A DNA stretch of 63,876 nucleotides, filler included, from an uncultured bacterium (GTDB lineage Bacteria > CAZSTA01): the NCBI GenBank assembly GCA_964609495.1. It is 3 parts of 3 records of this genome, joined end to end, with 100 filler letters (N's around TTAATTAATTAA, not from the genome) between each part and the next. Parts side by side here need not be neighbours in the genome. Positions count along the whole stretch, not along the records: positions 22,552 to 44,824 come from CAZSTA010000038.1; 2 more parts are not named here. One strand, given 5' to 3'. The notes under the pieces were generated by a model. It did not search any database. It had not been told where the DNA came from and saw nothing but the letters and a program-made list of their open reading frames with translations. The translations under genes and the position numbers were made by a program. This document shows, piece by piece, positions 30,125 through 40,684 of the stretch (its first letter is position 1; each line of letters starts with the position of its first letter).

Positions 30125-30578
30125 GATATCCCTCCCAATCTATCCCCCACTTCCCCTTAGGTCGCCGTTTCCAACTCCAGTAGAACTCGCCATTCTCCTT
30201 CTTCCTCTCCAGACCAGATTCCTTGATTATCTCCTTTATCCTGAGCAACCGTTTGGACATAAAATCCTTATCGTAAAGGACTATTCCATCCAAGCCTATA
30301 TCCAAGAATAGAGAGGGGAAGTTATTGATGACTTCCTCTCTAGTCTTCGCGATTATGGAGATCCTCTCCTCAAATTTCCCTGTTAGCGGTCTTCTCACAA
30401 AACGAGTTCTCTTGAAGGGGCTGGAAGGAAGTTCCTCAACCACTAAGAAGATGTCATAATCGCTGGTTTCCTTAGCTCCCCCTCTAGCCCTTGAGCCAAA
30501 GAGTACGATAGAGATTAGATAATCTCCTAGGTATTCCTTATAGCACCTAACTAACTTTTCCTTAAAATTGCTATCCAT
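30114..30578 (-). CDS. Minimal nucleotidyltransferase (MNT, putative antitoxin)
   Basis: LFGSRARG...SDYD. Confidence 0.88.
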   Translation of the reverse strand: MDSNFKEKLVRCYKEYLGDYLISIVLFGSRARGGAKETSDYDIFLVVEELPSSPFKRTRFVRRPLTGKFEERISIIAKTREEVINNFPSLFLDIGLDGIVLYDKDFMSKRLLRIKEIIKESGLERKKENGEFYWSWKRRPKGKWGIDWEGYHEL

Positions 30579-30583
30579 CTCAA

Positions 30584-31561
30584 CTAAATATGCATAGCTT
30601 CCCTAACTTCTTCCATCGTCTTCTGAGCCACTTTCCTAGCTCTATTCGCTCCTTCAGCCAGGATCTCGTCGATCTTCTTCGGATCGCTCTCAAATTCTCT
30701 GCGGCGAACTTGAATAGGAGCTAAAGCCTCTAATAAATTCTCGGAAAGCCTGTTCTTGCAATCGACACATCCTAAAGCTCCGCTCTCACAATTCGCCTTG
30801 ATCTCGGCGGTCTCATCGCTACTGTAAACCAAATGGAAAGCATAAACAGGACAATCATCTGGATGACCAGGGTCTCCTTTATATATCTTAGTGGGATCGG
30901 TGAACATAACCTTTATCTTCCGCTTGATATCCTCTGAATCATCAGCCATACAGATATGATTACCGTAGGATTTGCTCATCTTCCGCCCATCAATGCCAGG
31001 TAGGAGAGCGAACTTAGTCAACTTAGCTTGAGGCAGAGGGAATATCTCTCCATAAAGAGAATTGAACCTTCTAGCTATCTCCCTAGCAAGCTCCAGATGT
31101 GGTAACTGATCCCTACCAACTGGAACAGTATCCGCTTTATATATGAGGATATCGGCGGCTTGTAGCACCGGGTAACCTAGGAAGCCATAGTTCACCGACT
31201 CCATCTTCAATTCCTGAATCTTCTCCTTATAAGTAGGAACACGCTCCAACCAAGGGACAGGAGTCAACATAGAGAATAGCAAGTGAAGTTCAGCATGCTC
31301 CTTAACATGAGATTGGACGAAGATCGTGCATCTCTCAGGATCCAGTCCGGCGCTCATATAATCTATCGCTAGCTCCCTGATATTAGATTTGATATCGCTT
31401 GTATCCTCATAAGCTGTGGTGAGCGAGTGCCAATCTACGATCACCGAGAACATCTCATATTCATCCTGAAGTTGCACCCAATTGTGCAAAGCTCCCTCTA
31501 AATTTCCCAGATGTAACTTCCCCGTAGGTTGCATTCCGCTTAAAATCCGTCCTTTAGGCAA
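30584..31561 (-). CDS. trpS: Tryptophan--tRNA ligase
   Basis: SGMQPTG.LHLGN, YPVLQAADI, VGRDQ, KMSKS; TTG start behind AAGGAGG (ATG 31582 is an alternative). Confidence 0.97.
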   Translation of the reverse strand: MPKGRILSGMQPTGKLHLGNLEGALHNWVQLQDEYEMFSVIVDWHSLTTAYEDTSDIKSNIRELAIDYMSAGLDPERCTIFVQSHVKEHAELHLLFSMLTPVPWLERVPTYKEKIQELKMESVNYGFLGYPVLQAADILIYKADTVPVGRDQLPHLELAREIARRFNSLYGEIFPLPQAKLTKFALLPGIDGRKMSKSYGNHICMADDSEDIKRKIKVMFTDPTKIYKGDPGHPDDCPVYAFHLVYSSDETAEIKANCESGALGCVDCKNRLSENLLEALAPIQVRRREFESDPKKIDEILAEGANRARKVAQKTMEEVREAMHI

Positions 31562-31597
31562 TTCATCTTCCTCCTTAAACATAATTGATAAAGTCTA

Positions 31598-32221
31598 TTA
31601 GCCAATCAATATACCAGTAAAAAATTGCACAATCGGCCATATTATTCCACCAATCACTCCTACTAAAAGGAGAGCGAATAGTATGAAGAAACCGTATGGC
31701 TCGATCCGAGAAAAAGCTATAGCTTGCCTCATCGGTAATATCCCGGTCAGGATACGAGATCCATCCAGAGGCGGTATCGGGATCAAGTTGAATATCCCCA
31801 ACAATAGGTTAAGATATATGCACATAAGCAAGAAGCTGAAGAGAGGTCTGGCTGAATAAATGGAGATACCAGAGCTGAGCAATAATCTCCAGATAATTGA
31901 GAATAAAATAGCCAGAGAGAAATTAGCTCCTGGTCCAGCTAAACTTACCCACATCATATCTCGCTTTGGATTCTTGAAGTTTCGAGGATTCACTGGGACT
32001 GGCTTCGCCCAGCCAAATCCTACTCCGCTCAGGCTGGAGATGACAAACATCAAAGTCCCTAGCGGATCGAGATGGATCAGGGGATTCAAAGTCAAGCGCC
32101 CGTTGTCACGAGCAGTAGGATCTCCCAATTTATCGGCTACCCATCCGTGCGAATACTCGTGAAAGACGATAGCTAGTAAGAATATAGGTAAAGTTGTGAT
32201 AAAACGCGTTATAAGACTCAA
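31598..32221 (-). CDS. Site-2 protease (M50)
   Basis: HEYSH, LAGP, NLIPIPPLDG. Confidence 0.93.
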   Translation of the reverse strand: MSLITRFITTLPIFLLAIVFHEYSHGWVADKLGDPTARDNGRLTLNPLIHLDPLGTLMFVISSLSGVGFGWAKPVPVNPRNFKNPKRDMMWVSLAGPGANFSLAILFSIIWRLLLSSGISIYSARPLFSFLLMCIYLNLLLGIFNLIPIPPLDGSRILTGILPMRQAIAFSRIEPYGFFILFALLLVGVIGGIIWPIVQFFTGILIG

Positions 32222-34872
32222 TAGCTCTTTATTCCCTCCTCCGCCTTTCGAGAGAGTAATTCCTCGATATATTTTAACTGTTCCTCTCTCGAACGAACTT
32301 TTCCATCCAACTTAGCATCCAAAACCGAGGTCAATAACTCCTTAAATAAAAGACTTGGTTTGAGTCCCATCTCTAATAGATCATTTCCATCTACCTCGAT
32401 CTCAGTGGAACGCAATTTATCCAAGAATAAGCTCATCTTATCTATAGCTATCCGCTTATCAGCTTTAGCCATAAGGAAGAATGTAGCTTCTAAGGGCAGA
32501 GATATTAATTTGTGATAGATAAAGCTGGGCGGATATTCCTTCTCTGCCGAGAGAGCTGATATGATCTTCTGAGCCAACTTCGGAGTATCTGACATAAGTT
32601 CGATATTCTTCTTCGTCAATCTCAATCGGTTACCGATCTTTTTGATCCTCTCAGCTCTAAAATCCTGAAACATAAGGATGAAATATACGAGCCAAACCTC
32701 TACCTGTTGCTTCCTCACTAATTCCTGGTGATAAGAGAGCATCTCCTCCACTCTTCTTAATTCCTCCTCAAGATCTGGGGTGAGCCTCAAATCGGGATGG
32801 ATAAAGCGTAATATATTTAACTCAACCATTCTCTTTATCGCCCTATAGGGAGAAACTTCTCTGAAGAGGATAAGAAGTTCATCTCTTAATCTCTCTCCAC
32901 TCAAATTCTTTATCATATCGAGATCAACCGTATTTTGAATGAAGCCCACCGTTTGTCCTTCAATATGAAAATTATAACGAAGCTCGAATCTTATGGCTCG
33001 AAAGAGGCGAGTTGGATCTTCCACAAAACTCAGGTTATAAAGGACCCTTATAACTCCATTGGCAAGATCCCTCTGCCCCCCGTAAAAGTCAACTAACTCT
33101 CCAAATCTCCTCTTATTCAATCTAATCGCCATAGAGTTGATGGTAAAATCCCTTCTATAAAGATCCTTCTTTATAGAACTGTAGTCTATCTTAGGAAGAG
33201 CGGCTGGATATTCATAATATTCGATTCGGGAGGTAGCTACATCTATATGAAAATCGTCGGGAAGGATTATAACCGCAGTCCCAAAGGCTTCATGGCTTCG
33301 CACCCGACCTCCTAACACCCGAGCCAGAGCTTTAGCAAAAGTTATACCCTCTCCTTCAACAACGATATCGATATCGAGATTCTCCACACCTAATAATAGA
33401 TCTCTAACGAATCCCCCCACTGCATAAGCGGGATATCCCACCTCATCTGCTACTTCACCCACCTTTCTAAGGAGGGAGAAGACCCATTCGGGTAAATTAT
33501 CCTCCATAGGTTTCTTCAAACTACGTCTTATAATGCTCTTTTCCCCATTCACCTTATAAGTAGCAAACGATGTCTTCGGGAGGTTATCTTCCCCATACAG
33601 AGTTCTGAGTAAATCTTTGCGAGTAACGATCCCCAACAAGCGCTCATCCTCCACAACTGGAAGACGACCGATACTGTTCTCGATCATCAACTCCTGCATC
33701 TGCTTTAACGAGGTCTCTGGCTCTATAGTGATGAGCGAACGAGACATAAACCTAGAAACTGGGGTGTTTCCCAAGCCATGATATCCAGCTTTATCTATAT
33801 CTTTGCGGCAGATAATCCCCACCAACTTGTTGCCCTCCATAACTGGTAGGCCACTATGACCATAACGTAACATAATTTTTCTCGCCTCTTCAATAGTGGT
33901 ATTGACATCGATAGTCTTGACTGGCGAGGACATTATATCACCAGCTTTGGAGATCGGTCTTATCTTCTGTCCTACTACCTCTAACAAATCGGCCTCGATT
34001 CTTGTGAAATCCAAGTTTTTTATCGAAGCCGAGGCTGCCTCAGGGTGACCGCCCCCTCCAAATTCCCTAAGCACCTCATCAACATCCAAGGCTCTAGTTC
34101 GACTCCTACCCACCACATAGATATGGCTATCCATCTTCACTATCACGAAGATCGCTTCGGCATTCTCGATATCCACCAACTTGTGGGTGAGCATAGCTAT
34201 CTCTCCCACATACCCACGAACTTCAGCCTGGGCGGTTAGTAATCTTATCCCCTTTATGAAGTATTCCCTAAGAGAGCGGATCAACTTCTCCAAAAGAAGC
34301 CGTTGCCCCTCGGTTAAAGCTCTGGATATAAAGCTAGATACTACGGAGAGCTTAGCCCCCTTACCCACTAGATAGGCAGCCGCTTTGATATCTGCTACTC
34401 TGGTACTTGAAAAGGTCAAACTTCCAGTATCCTCATATATTCCCAAAGCTAAAATCGTAGCCTCCAGAGGGGTGAGAGAGATATTCCTCTCCCTAAGCAG
34501 ACGAACCAAGATAGTGGTAGTTGCTCCCATCTCCTCAGTTATATCCATATCGCTTCTAACATCATTTTCGCTGGGGGGATGGTGATCATAGGTATGAATC
34601 TCTATCCCTGGATTATCCAATACCTTCTCGATGCCACCTAATCGATCTTTCTGCTTAGTATCAACCAAAATCAGACGATCAACTCTATCGAGATCTACAT
34701 CTTTAGGGCTTTTAAGATCGAGAGAATCCTGGTATAGCTCGATAAATTCCTTTACATTTCTATCCAAAGCTCCACCTATGATTAATTGAGCTTCTGGATA
34801 TAGTTTCTTAGCCGCCACCATCGCGGCTAAAGCATCGAAATCGGTAGCGGTATGAGTGGTTATTATCTCCAT
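32218..34872 (-). CDS. DHH-CBS-nucleotidyltransferase (CCA/A-adding tRNA nucleotidyltransferase)
   Basis: DHH and GGGGH motifs, CBS pair, VGGFVRD, DIDIV, RRDFTIN, EDPTR. Confidence 0.92.
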   Translation of the reverse strand: MEIITTHTATDFDALAAMVAAKKLYPEAQLIIGGALDRNVKEFIELYQDSLDLKSPKDVDLDRVDRLILVDTKQKDRLGGIEKVLDNPGIEIHTYDHHPPSENDVRSDMDITEEMGATTTILVRLLRERNISLTPLEATILALGIYEDTGSLTFSSTRVADIKAAAYLVGKGAKLSVVSSFISRALTEGQRLLLEKLIRSLREYFIKGIRLLTAQAEVRGYVGEIAMLTHKLVDIENAEAIFVIVKMDSHIYVVGRSRTRALDVDEVLREFGGGGHPEAASASIKNLDFTRIEADLLEVVGQKIRPISKAGDIMSSPVKTIDVNTTIEEARKIMLRYGHSGLPVMEGNKLVGIICRKDIDKAGYHGLGNTPVSRFMSRSLITIEPETSLKQMQELMIENSIGRLPVVEDERLLGIVTRKDLLRTLYGEDNLPKTSFATYKVNGEKSIIRRSLKKPMEDNLPEWVFSLLRKVGEVADEVGYPAYAVGGFVRDLLLGVENLDIDIVVEGEGITFAKALARVLGGRVRSHEAFGTAVIILPDDFHIDVATSRIEYYEYPAALPKIDYSSIKKDLYRRDFTINSMAIRLNKRRFGELVDFYGGQRDLANGVIRVLYNLSFVEDPTRLFRAIRFELRYNFHIEGQTVGFIQNTVDLDMIKNLSGERLRDELLILFREVSPYRAIKRMVELNILRFIHPDLRLTPDLEEELRRVEEMLSYHQELVRKQQVEVWLVYFILMFQDFRAERIKKIGNRLRLTKKNIELMSDTPKLAQKIISALSAEKEYPPSFIYHKLISLPLEATFFLMAKADKRIAIDKMSLFLDKLRSTEIEVDGNDLLEMGLKPSLLFKELLTSVLDAKLDGKVRSREEQLKYIEELLSRKAEEGIKSY

Positions 34873-34998
34873 TTGGTAGCAACTCTTAAATAAGATAAAT
34901 TTACTAATAAATAGCTTGTAGATATATTGTAACATAATAATCGAGCTTCTGTCAAGTATTTATTGAGAAGGGGATGCATTTAGAATCGGGGATCAAAG

Positions 34999-35209
34999 AG
35001 TCTTTACTTCGTAATGATTTCAGATCGAGTTATAACTCCCCCTCACCCTGGCCCTCTCCCACGAGGGGAGAGGGAACATCGAGATAGAGCTTAAGTCTAT
35101 GCTTCGCATTATTTATCGTCCCCCCCTCCCTCGATGGGAGGGGCTAGGGGAGGGTGATTTAAGGAAATTCAAATCCAAAGCTGCCTAGCACGATATTCTA
35201 CATGCTTAC
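34999..35209 (+). repeat. REP-doublet/MITE-like repeat, copy B
   Basis: Same two hairpins at 35038-35157, with GTCTWTRCTTCGYA motifs and the reverse GTAAGCATGTA motif. Confidence 0.85.
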
Positions 35210-35226
35210 AATATGACTCAAATCAT

Positions 35227-35255
35227 TTGACAAAATGGGAAAAATGTGTTATTAT
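35227..35255 (+). promoter_or_regulatory. Sigma70 promoter upstream of the mutarotase
   Basis: TTGACA-17 bp-TATTAT with TG extension. Confidence 0.6.
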
Positions 35256-35455
35256 TAAAATTAGGTTTTCCTTTTGAACGAAGAGGGAAAGATAAAAATA
35301 AAGGGCCGAAAAGGAGGTGATAAGGGTAGATAGGCAGATCTACCCGGGAAAAGGAAGTTTTCTAAAAAGAGAGAAAGTGTTGGAAAACTAATTTCTCTTT
35401 CTAGGAGCTTTCCCAGAAGGACGGACCATATCTAAATTTGAAAGGAGGTGTCCTT

Positions 35456-37645
35456 GTGAACAAGTATAGAAATACTCTATTAATCGCATTGGCTCTCATC
35501 TTTCTGTTCAGCCTTAATATGGTCTGGGCTGAAGAGACCACGAGAGTAAACATTCAAGGAGCGTTATTCGGCGCGACTTCTGATGGGACTCCTATTGAGG
35601 AATATACGCTGATCAATGACAATGGTGTGATAGCCAAGTTTATTACCTTAGGTGGTACCCTCAGCGAGTTACACGTGCCTGATCGAAACGGCGTTTTGGC
35701 TGACGTCGTGCTTGGTTTCGATACTGTTGCTGACTATGAGAATCCTGATAGAAATCCCTACTTTGGCTGTATCACAGGTCGATACGCCAACCGTATCGCT
35801 AAGGGGAAGTTCTCAATCGATGAGGATAGTTATACTCTGGCGATAAACAATCCTCCCAATACTCTGCATGGTGGGTTCAAGGGCTATAGAGATGTCGTAT
35901 GGAAAGCTACTACTCATTATACACCTGAGGGTCCAGCTATCACCTTCACCTACAGGAGTCACGATGGTGAGGAGGGATATCCTGGCAACCTCGACATAGC
36001 AGTCACCTACACCTTGACGAACGAGAATGAGGTGAAGATTGAGTATTTGGCTACTACCGATAAGCCCACAATCGTTAACCTGACCAATCACAGCTATTTC
36101 AACCTTGCTGGCGCTGGTTCGGGGACGATCTTAGATCATGAGCTGATGATCGTGGCAGATAACTATACCCCAGCGGACGACACGCTGATTCCAACTGGCG
36201 AGATCGCACCAGTTGCAGGAACACCATTTGACTTCACCAAGCCTATGAAAGTCGGTGCCCGAATAGATGAGCCCCGTAAACGCCCGACATTCAGGGGTTA
36301 CGACCACAACTACGTCCTGAACAGCCAGGATGGTTCGCTTGCCTTGGCTGCACGCCTTTATGATCCGGGTTCTGGTCGAGTGATGGAGGTATATACGACC
36401 GAGCCGGGAGTGATGTTGTATACAGGTAATTGGCTTGATTTGAAGTCTGCGAAGGATGGTATGGACTATGTTGAGAACGCTGCGTTAGCCCTTGAGACTC
36501 AACATTATCCCGACTCGCCTAACCATCCGAATTTCCCCTCGGTCATCCTCCGACCAGGAGAGACCTATAAAACAACAACAATCTATAAATTCTACACGAA
36601 ATCGTTATTCGGCAGGACTTCCGATGGGACTCCCATTGAGGAATATACGCTGATCAATGACAACGGTGTGATAGCCAAGTTTATTACCTTAGGTGGTACC
36701 CTCAGCGAGTTACACGTGCCTGATCGAAACGGCGTTTTGGCTGACGTCGTGCTTGGTTTCGATACTGTTGCTGACTATGAGAATCCTGATAGAAATCCCT
36801 ACTTTGGCTGTATCACAGGTCGATACGCCAACCGTATCGCTAAGGGGAAGTTCTCAATCGATGAGGATAGTTATACTCTGGCGATAAACAATCCTCCCAA
36901 TACTCTGCATGGTGGGTTCAAGGGCTATAGAGATGTCGTATGGAAAGCTACTACTCATTATACACCTGAGGGTCCAGCTATCACCTTCACCTACAGGAGT
37001 CACGATGGTGAGGAGGGATATCCTGGCAACCTCGACATAGCAGTCACCTACACCTTGACGAACGAGAATGAGGTGAAGATTGAGTATTTGGCTACTACCG
37101 ATAAGCCCACAATCGTTAACCTGACCAATCACAGCTATTTCAACCTTGCTGGCGCTGGTTCGGGGACGATCTTAGATCATGAGCTGATGATCGTGGCAGA
37201 TAACTATACCCCAGCGGACGACACGCTGATTCCAACTGGCGAGATCGCACCAGTTGCAGGAACACCATTTGACTTCACCAAGCCTATGAAAGTCGGTGCC
37301 CGAATAGATGAGCCCCGTAAACGCCCGACATTCAGGGGTTACGACCACAACTACGTCCTGAACAGCCAGGATGGTTCGCTTGCCTTGGCTGCACGCCTTT
37401 ATGATCCGGGTTCTGGTCGAGTGATGGAGGTATATACGACCGAGCCGGGAGTGATGTTGTATACAGGTAATTGGCTTGATTTGAAGTCTGCGAAGGATGG
37501 TATGGACTATGTTGAGAACGCTGCGTTAGCCCTTGAGACTCAACATTATCCCGACTCGCCTAACCAGCCGAATTTCCCCTCAACTATTCTCCGACCAGGA
37601 GAGACCTATACAACGACAACAGTCTATAAATTCTACACCGAGTAA
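35456..37645 (+). CDS. galM: Secreted aldose 1-epimerase (galactose mutarotase) with two tandem domains
   Basis: Signal peptide; GRYANRI, LHGG, TNHSYFN, YDHN, LETQH each present twice. Confidence 0.9.
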   Translation: MNKYRNTLLIALALIFLFSLNMVWAEETTRVNIQGALFGATSDGTPIEEYTLINDNGVIAKFITLGGTLSELHVPDRNGVLADVVLGFDTVADYENPDRNPYFGCITGRYANRIAKGKFSIDEDSYTLAINNPPNTLHGGFKGYRDVVWKATTHYTPEGPAITFTYRSHDGEEGYPGNLDIAVTYTLTNENEVKIEYLATTDKPTIVNLTNHSYFNLAGAGSGTILDHELMIVADNYTPADDTLIPTGEIAPVAGTPFDFTKPMKVGARIDEPRKRPTFRGYDHNYVLNSQDGSLALAARLYDPGSGRVMEVYTTEPGVMLYTGNWLDLKSAKDGMDYVENAALALETQHYPDSPNHPNFPSVILRPGETYKTTTIYKFYTKSLFGRTSDGTPIEEYTLINDNGVIAKFITLGGTLSELHVPDRNGVLADVVLGFDTVADYENPDRNPYFGCITGRYANRIAKGKFSIDEDSYTLAINNPPNTLHGGFKGYRDVVWKATTHYTPEGPAITFTYRSHDGEEGYPGNLDIAVTYTLTNENEVKIEYLATTDKPTIVNLTNHSYFNLAGAGSGTILDHELMIVADNYTPADDTLIPTGEIAPVAGTPFDFTKPMKVGARIDEPRKRPTFRGYDHNYVLNSQDGSLALAARLYDPGSGRVMEVYTTEPGVMLYTGNWLDLKSAKDGMDYVENAALALETQHYPDSPNQPNFPSTILRPGETYTTTTVYKFYTE
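35562..37643 (+). repeat. 1041-bp intragenic tandem duplication
   Basis: Unit 1 35562-36602, unit 2 36603-37643. Confidence 0.95.
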
Positions 37646-37682
37646 TACATCACTCGCCAGTTCTGGCAAAACGCTAAACTCT

Positions 37683-37713
37683 AACCCCCCGTCAATGACG
37701 GGGGGTTGTTTTT
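37683..37713 (+). terminator. Intrinsic terminator
   Basis: AACCCCCCGTCA-A-TGACGGGGGGTT hairpin followed by GTTTTT. Confidence 0.8.
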
Positions 37714-38173
37714 GACATGAGAACTTGTTGACTTAATGAAACGATAATACGGTGCATGGCCACCCCAAATGGGGGGCCAGCACTTTTTTTTGATAGAACG
37801 GGGGTTTTTTTCCTTTCAATGCTTTTTCGGGATCTTCTGGAACTTGTAAAGATTATTGGTTGGATTTTGGGGGAAAAAATTAAATCAATTTTCATAACCA
37901 GAGCAGGTGTCAGTATATGCCGCATGAGTTAAGGAGTACTCTTAAAAATATTTTCAAAGAATACTTCCAGGACTTTTATCTTATAGAAAATATGCAAAAA
38001 CACTGGACAACAACCTATAAGTGTGATATAATTCTAATTAATGTTCAAGCCGAAGATATTTTAAGAAGGAGGAGGTGATGGGGTCAAAGGAGAGCGTTGG
38101 CTACTATAAATCGCTTTCAGAAATCCTTTAATGGGAAGATGCCAATTTCTAATCAAGAAAGGAGTTGATTACA

Positions 38174-38641
38174 ATGGACATCTCACTCAGATCAGTTGGT
38201 TCTTTTATCATCGGAATAATTATCTTGGGAATAATATCCTCTAATATAGCAGAGGGTAGAGAGCAAGATTTCATTCTTTATCCTGGTGATCCTTTTATGT
38301 CTAATGCGGGCGGGGAAAGGGTATATAATTCTAAATTGAGGATAGTATATGAATCGGCTTTACAGAGTGTAGCTATCTGGGAGTGGGAGATCGATAGCTT
38401 CGAGATAAAAAATGGAAATGCCCATATAATAGCTAAAAAGTATAGGGATGCTTCTGAGGATTTTGTAGGGACTTTATATTTAACTGCCATATCCGAGGAT
38501 AAGACAGGCGCTAGGGTAATTATATTACCTGTAGGTAATCTGGCTGAGTTTGAGGGGATGTATTGGATCGAGGTAGAGGAGATGAGAAACAAATTGCTGG
38601 AGCAGATAGCGATAGCTTTGGGAGAAAATAACGAGCAATAA
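38174..38641 (+). CDS. Hypothetical exported protein
   Basis: AAGGAG RBS, hydrophobic N-terminus; no family recognised. Confidence 0.6.
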   Translation: MDISLRSVGSFIIGIIILGIISSNIAEGREQDFILYPGDPFMSNAGGERVYNSKLRIVYESALQSVAIWEWEIDSFEIKNGNAHIIAKKYRDASEDFVGTLYLTAISEDKTGARVIILPVGNLAEFEGMYWIEVEEMRNKLLEQIAIALGENNEQ

Positions 38642-38846
38642 GAGGTGAATAGTAGCGATGTCAATGCTTCTCGAGACTATCCTATCGAAGCTAGGATCTA
38701 GATTCAGCTTTAATTTTCGTCCACGAGGGAGAGCTATCTGGGCCTCTCCGCTGGCAGGTTGAAACTTTTTGAAAATCTATTCTTATTAAAGCTAAGCGAT
38801 ATTTTTGATTACTAGAAGTCTAAATAAAGGAGTGAGGAGATCTCTT

Positions 38847-39404
38847 ATGAATAAATTTTCGGTAACAGCTTTAGTTTTAGCTTTGGTTTTTATGCTCTTT
38901 TCTCTGTCTGTTGAAGCAGGAACTCCAGAGTTATTATCCAAGAATGGAAAGATCTTGAAGGAACTTACGAGCATAGAAGCGTTTGAGAGCTATAAAGCGA
39001 CTCTTAAGGAGGATAAAATCGCTCTTAATCTCGAGGGAGCTACTGCGGTTGAGATAGAAGGCATAATAGTAGCTGTTGTTCCTCTTGCTCAGGATAATCT
39101 CCCCAATAAGATATCAGAACGTACTCTTCTGGGAGTGTATATAGAGAAGGATTCGGGGAAAACTATCGTAGGGGCGTTATCTGTTACCCCGGTAGGTAAG
39201 GATTATATAGCTGATATAGCGACGCCTGAGGGAGATACTATATCTGAACATATAGCTGAAATAGGAAGATTAAAAAAGGCGCTAGATGCTTCTATCGCGT
39301 TGCTCTATTCTGATGGAAGCATCGAGGTCAGTTGGAAGAGGATCAAGGTCTCCATCAGCGGTGAGCCCTTGATGAGAGCTAGGGGAGAAACAGGAGATAT
39401 GTAA
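38847..39404 (+). CDS. Hypothetical secreted protein
   Basis: GAGGAG RBS; signal peptide ending VEA; hairpin terminator at 39417-39447. Confidence 0.65.
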   Translation: MNKFSVTALVLALVFMLFSLSVEAGTPELLSKNGKILKELTSIEAFESYKATLKEDKIALNLEGATAVEIEGIIVAVVPLAQDNLPNKISERTLLGVYIEKDSGKTIVGALSVTPVGKDYIADIATPEGDTISEHIAEIGRLKKALDASIALLYSDGSIEVSWKRIKVSISGEPLMRARGETGDM

Positions 39405-39491
39405 TTGGGAGATAAAGATCGGAAGCTTGAGCTTTCCGATCTTTTTATCTTATCCGCAGACAATTTTATAGTTTAGACCTAAGGAGGAGGT

Positions 39492-40085
39492 ATGATGTAT
39501 ATATATAAAATTATATTGTATTCGGTAGCCTTATGTTTGCTGACTTTGGCATTGGGAGCAGGTTGTGGTAGTTTGATCTCTGAAGAGGAAGAGATCCAAT
39601 TGGATTTCGACTACATCTCCCTAGGCGAAACAGGAGATATGTCCATCATCAAGGCGGTAGTTCCTCAAGAGAATATAGGGTTCTATAAGAAATATAGGAA
39701 TATAAACGATGATAAGACTTGGAAGAAACATAAGAGTAGAATCGTTAAGATCAAATCGGTCAAGTTCTCAGGAGTAGCTCGTAACGGAACTGGAAGTAGA
39801 ACTAATCCCGAGCCAGCCTCGGCATTGCTCTTCTTAAGCGATAAGGATAATCTCGATTATAACAACATCGAGGATCAAGGAATTCCCTTCCTCAGAATCG
39901 ATTTTGCGAGTGGGGAGAAAGAGAAAACTATAACCAATGAGACAATCAGTGACTTAGCTAAGATCGAACCCTTACTGAAAGGGGGGACCTTCTACATCTA
40001 TGCGAAGGGGATCCCTTATAAGAGAGTAGCTATTGTCGTCAGAAATTGGTATCTGAAGGTAAGGATCAAAATAAGAATTCTATGA
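39492..40085 (+). CDS. Hypothetical lipoprotein
   Basis: AGGAGG RBS; lipobox-like LGAGC. Confidence 0.65.
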   Translation: MMYIYKIILYSVALCLLTLALGAGCGSLISEEEEIQLDFDYISLGETGDMSIIKAVVPQENIGFYKKYRNINDDKTWKKHKSRIVKIKSVKFSGVARNGTGSRTNPEPASALLFLSDKDNLDYNNIEDQGIPFLRIDFASGEKEKTITNETISDLAKIEPLLKGGTFYIYAKGIPYKRVAIVVRNWYLKVRIKIRIL

Positions 40086-40187
40086 GATAGATTCGATGAA
40101 TTATGAATGGGGAGTTAAATAAGAAGGTTTAAAATCCACATCTCACCAGGGTGATGGTGTGGATTTATCTATAAGGTCTATCAACTC

Positions 40188-40604
40188 GTGGTTTCTTTAC
40201 GTCTATGCCGAGCCGATCTCAATTTGGATAATGCGATCTTAGATGAAGACGGTCGTATTCGTTTTATAGATTGGGAGTGTAGCGGTTGGGGAGATCTTGC
40301 TTTGGAGCTTGCTGAGCTGCGCTGGCATCCTAAATCCCAGATGATCACCGATGAACAGTGGAATTGGCTGTGGGAAAATTACGAGATACCAGCAGAAGAT
40401 AAGGCACTTCATTTACGAAGAGAGATATATGAGCATCTTATTCTAATTTGGTGGTGTCTGCGAACTTTGCAGTATATCATCGAAAGAGCTACAGGAAGAG
40501 GAAAGCGCTTAGTTGATATTTCCAATATCTCGCTTGAGGAAAAGCGGGAGCAATTTTGGTATTATTTTGAAATGGCGACCAATAGATATCTCAATAAGCC
40601 TTGA
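40188..40604 (+). pseudogene. C-terminal fragment of an APH/choline-kinase-like phosphotransferase
   Basis: CRADLNLDN...FIDWECSGWGD motifs, no N-lobe and no clear RBS. Confidence 0.6.
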
Positions 40605-40684
40605 GAGTGGGGATCGTAAATAACTATTCATCTCTAAGTGAGGGGGATAGAGAACCAATATTTTTAAGAAAGGAGTTTTAAAAT

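Noticed and set aside
32218-34872. DHH-CBS-nucleotidyltransferase fusion as a novelty
   Set aside because: Known architecture of bacterial CCA/A-adding enzymes.
37917-38079. Short ORF MPHELRSTLKNIFKEYFQDF reminiscent of an IS91-type transposase N-terminus
   Set aside because: Only ~20 residues of vague similarity, no Zn-binding or HUH motifs, and it overlaps a likely promoter (TGGACA-17-TATAAT).
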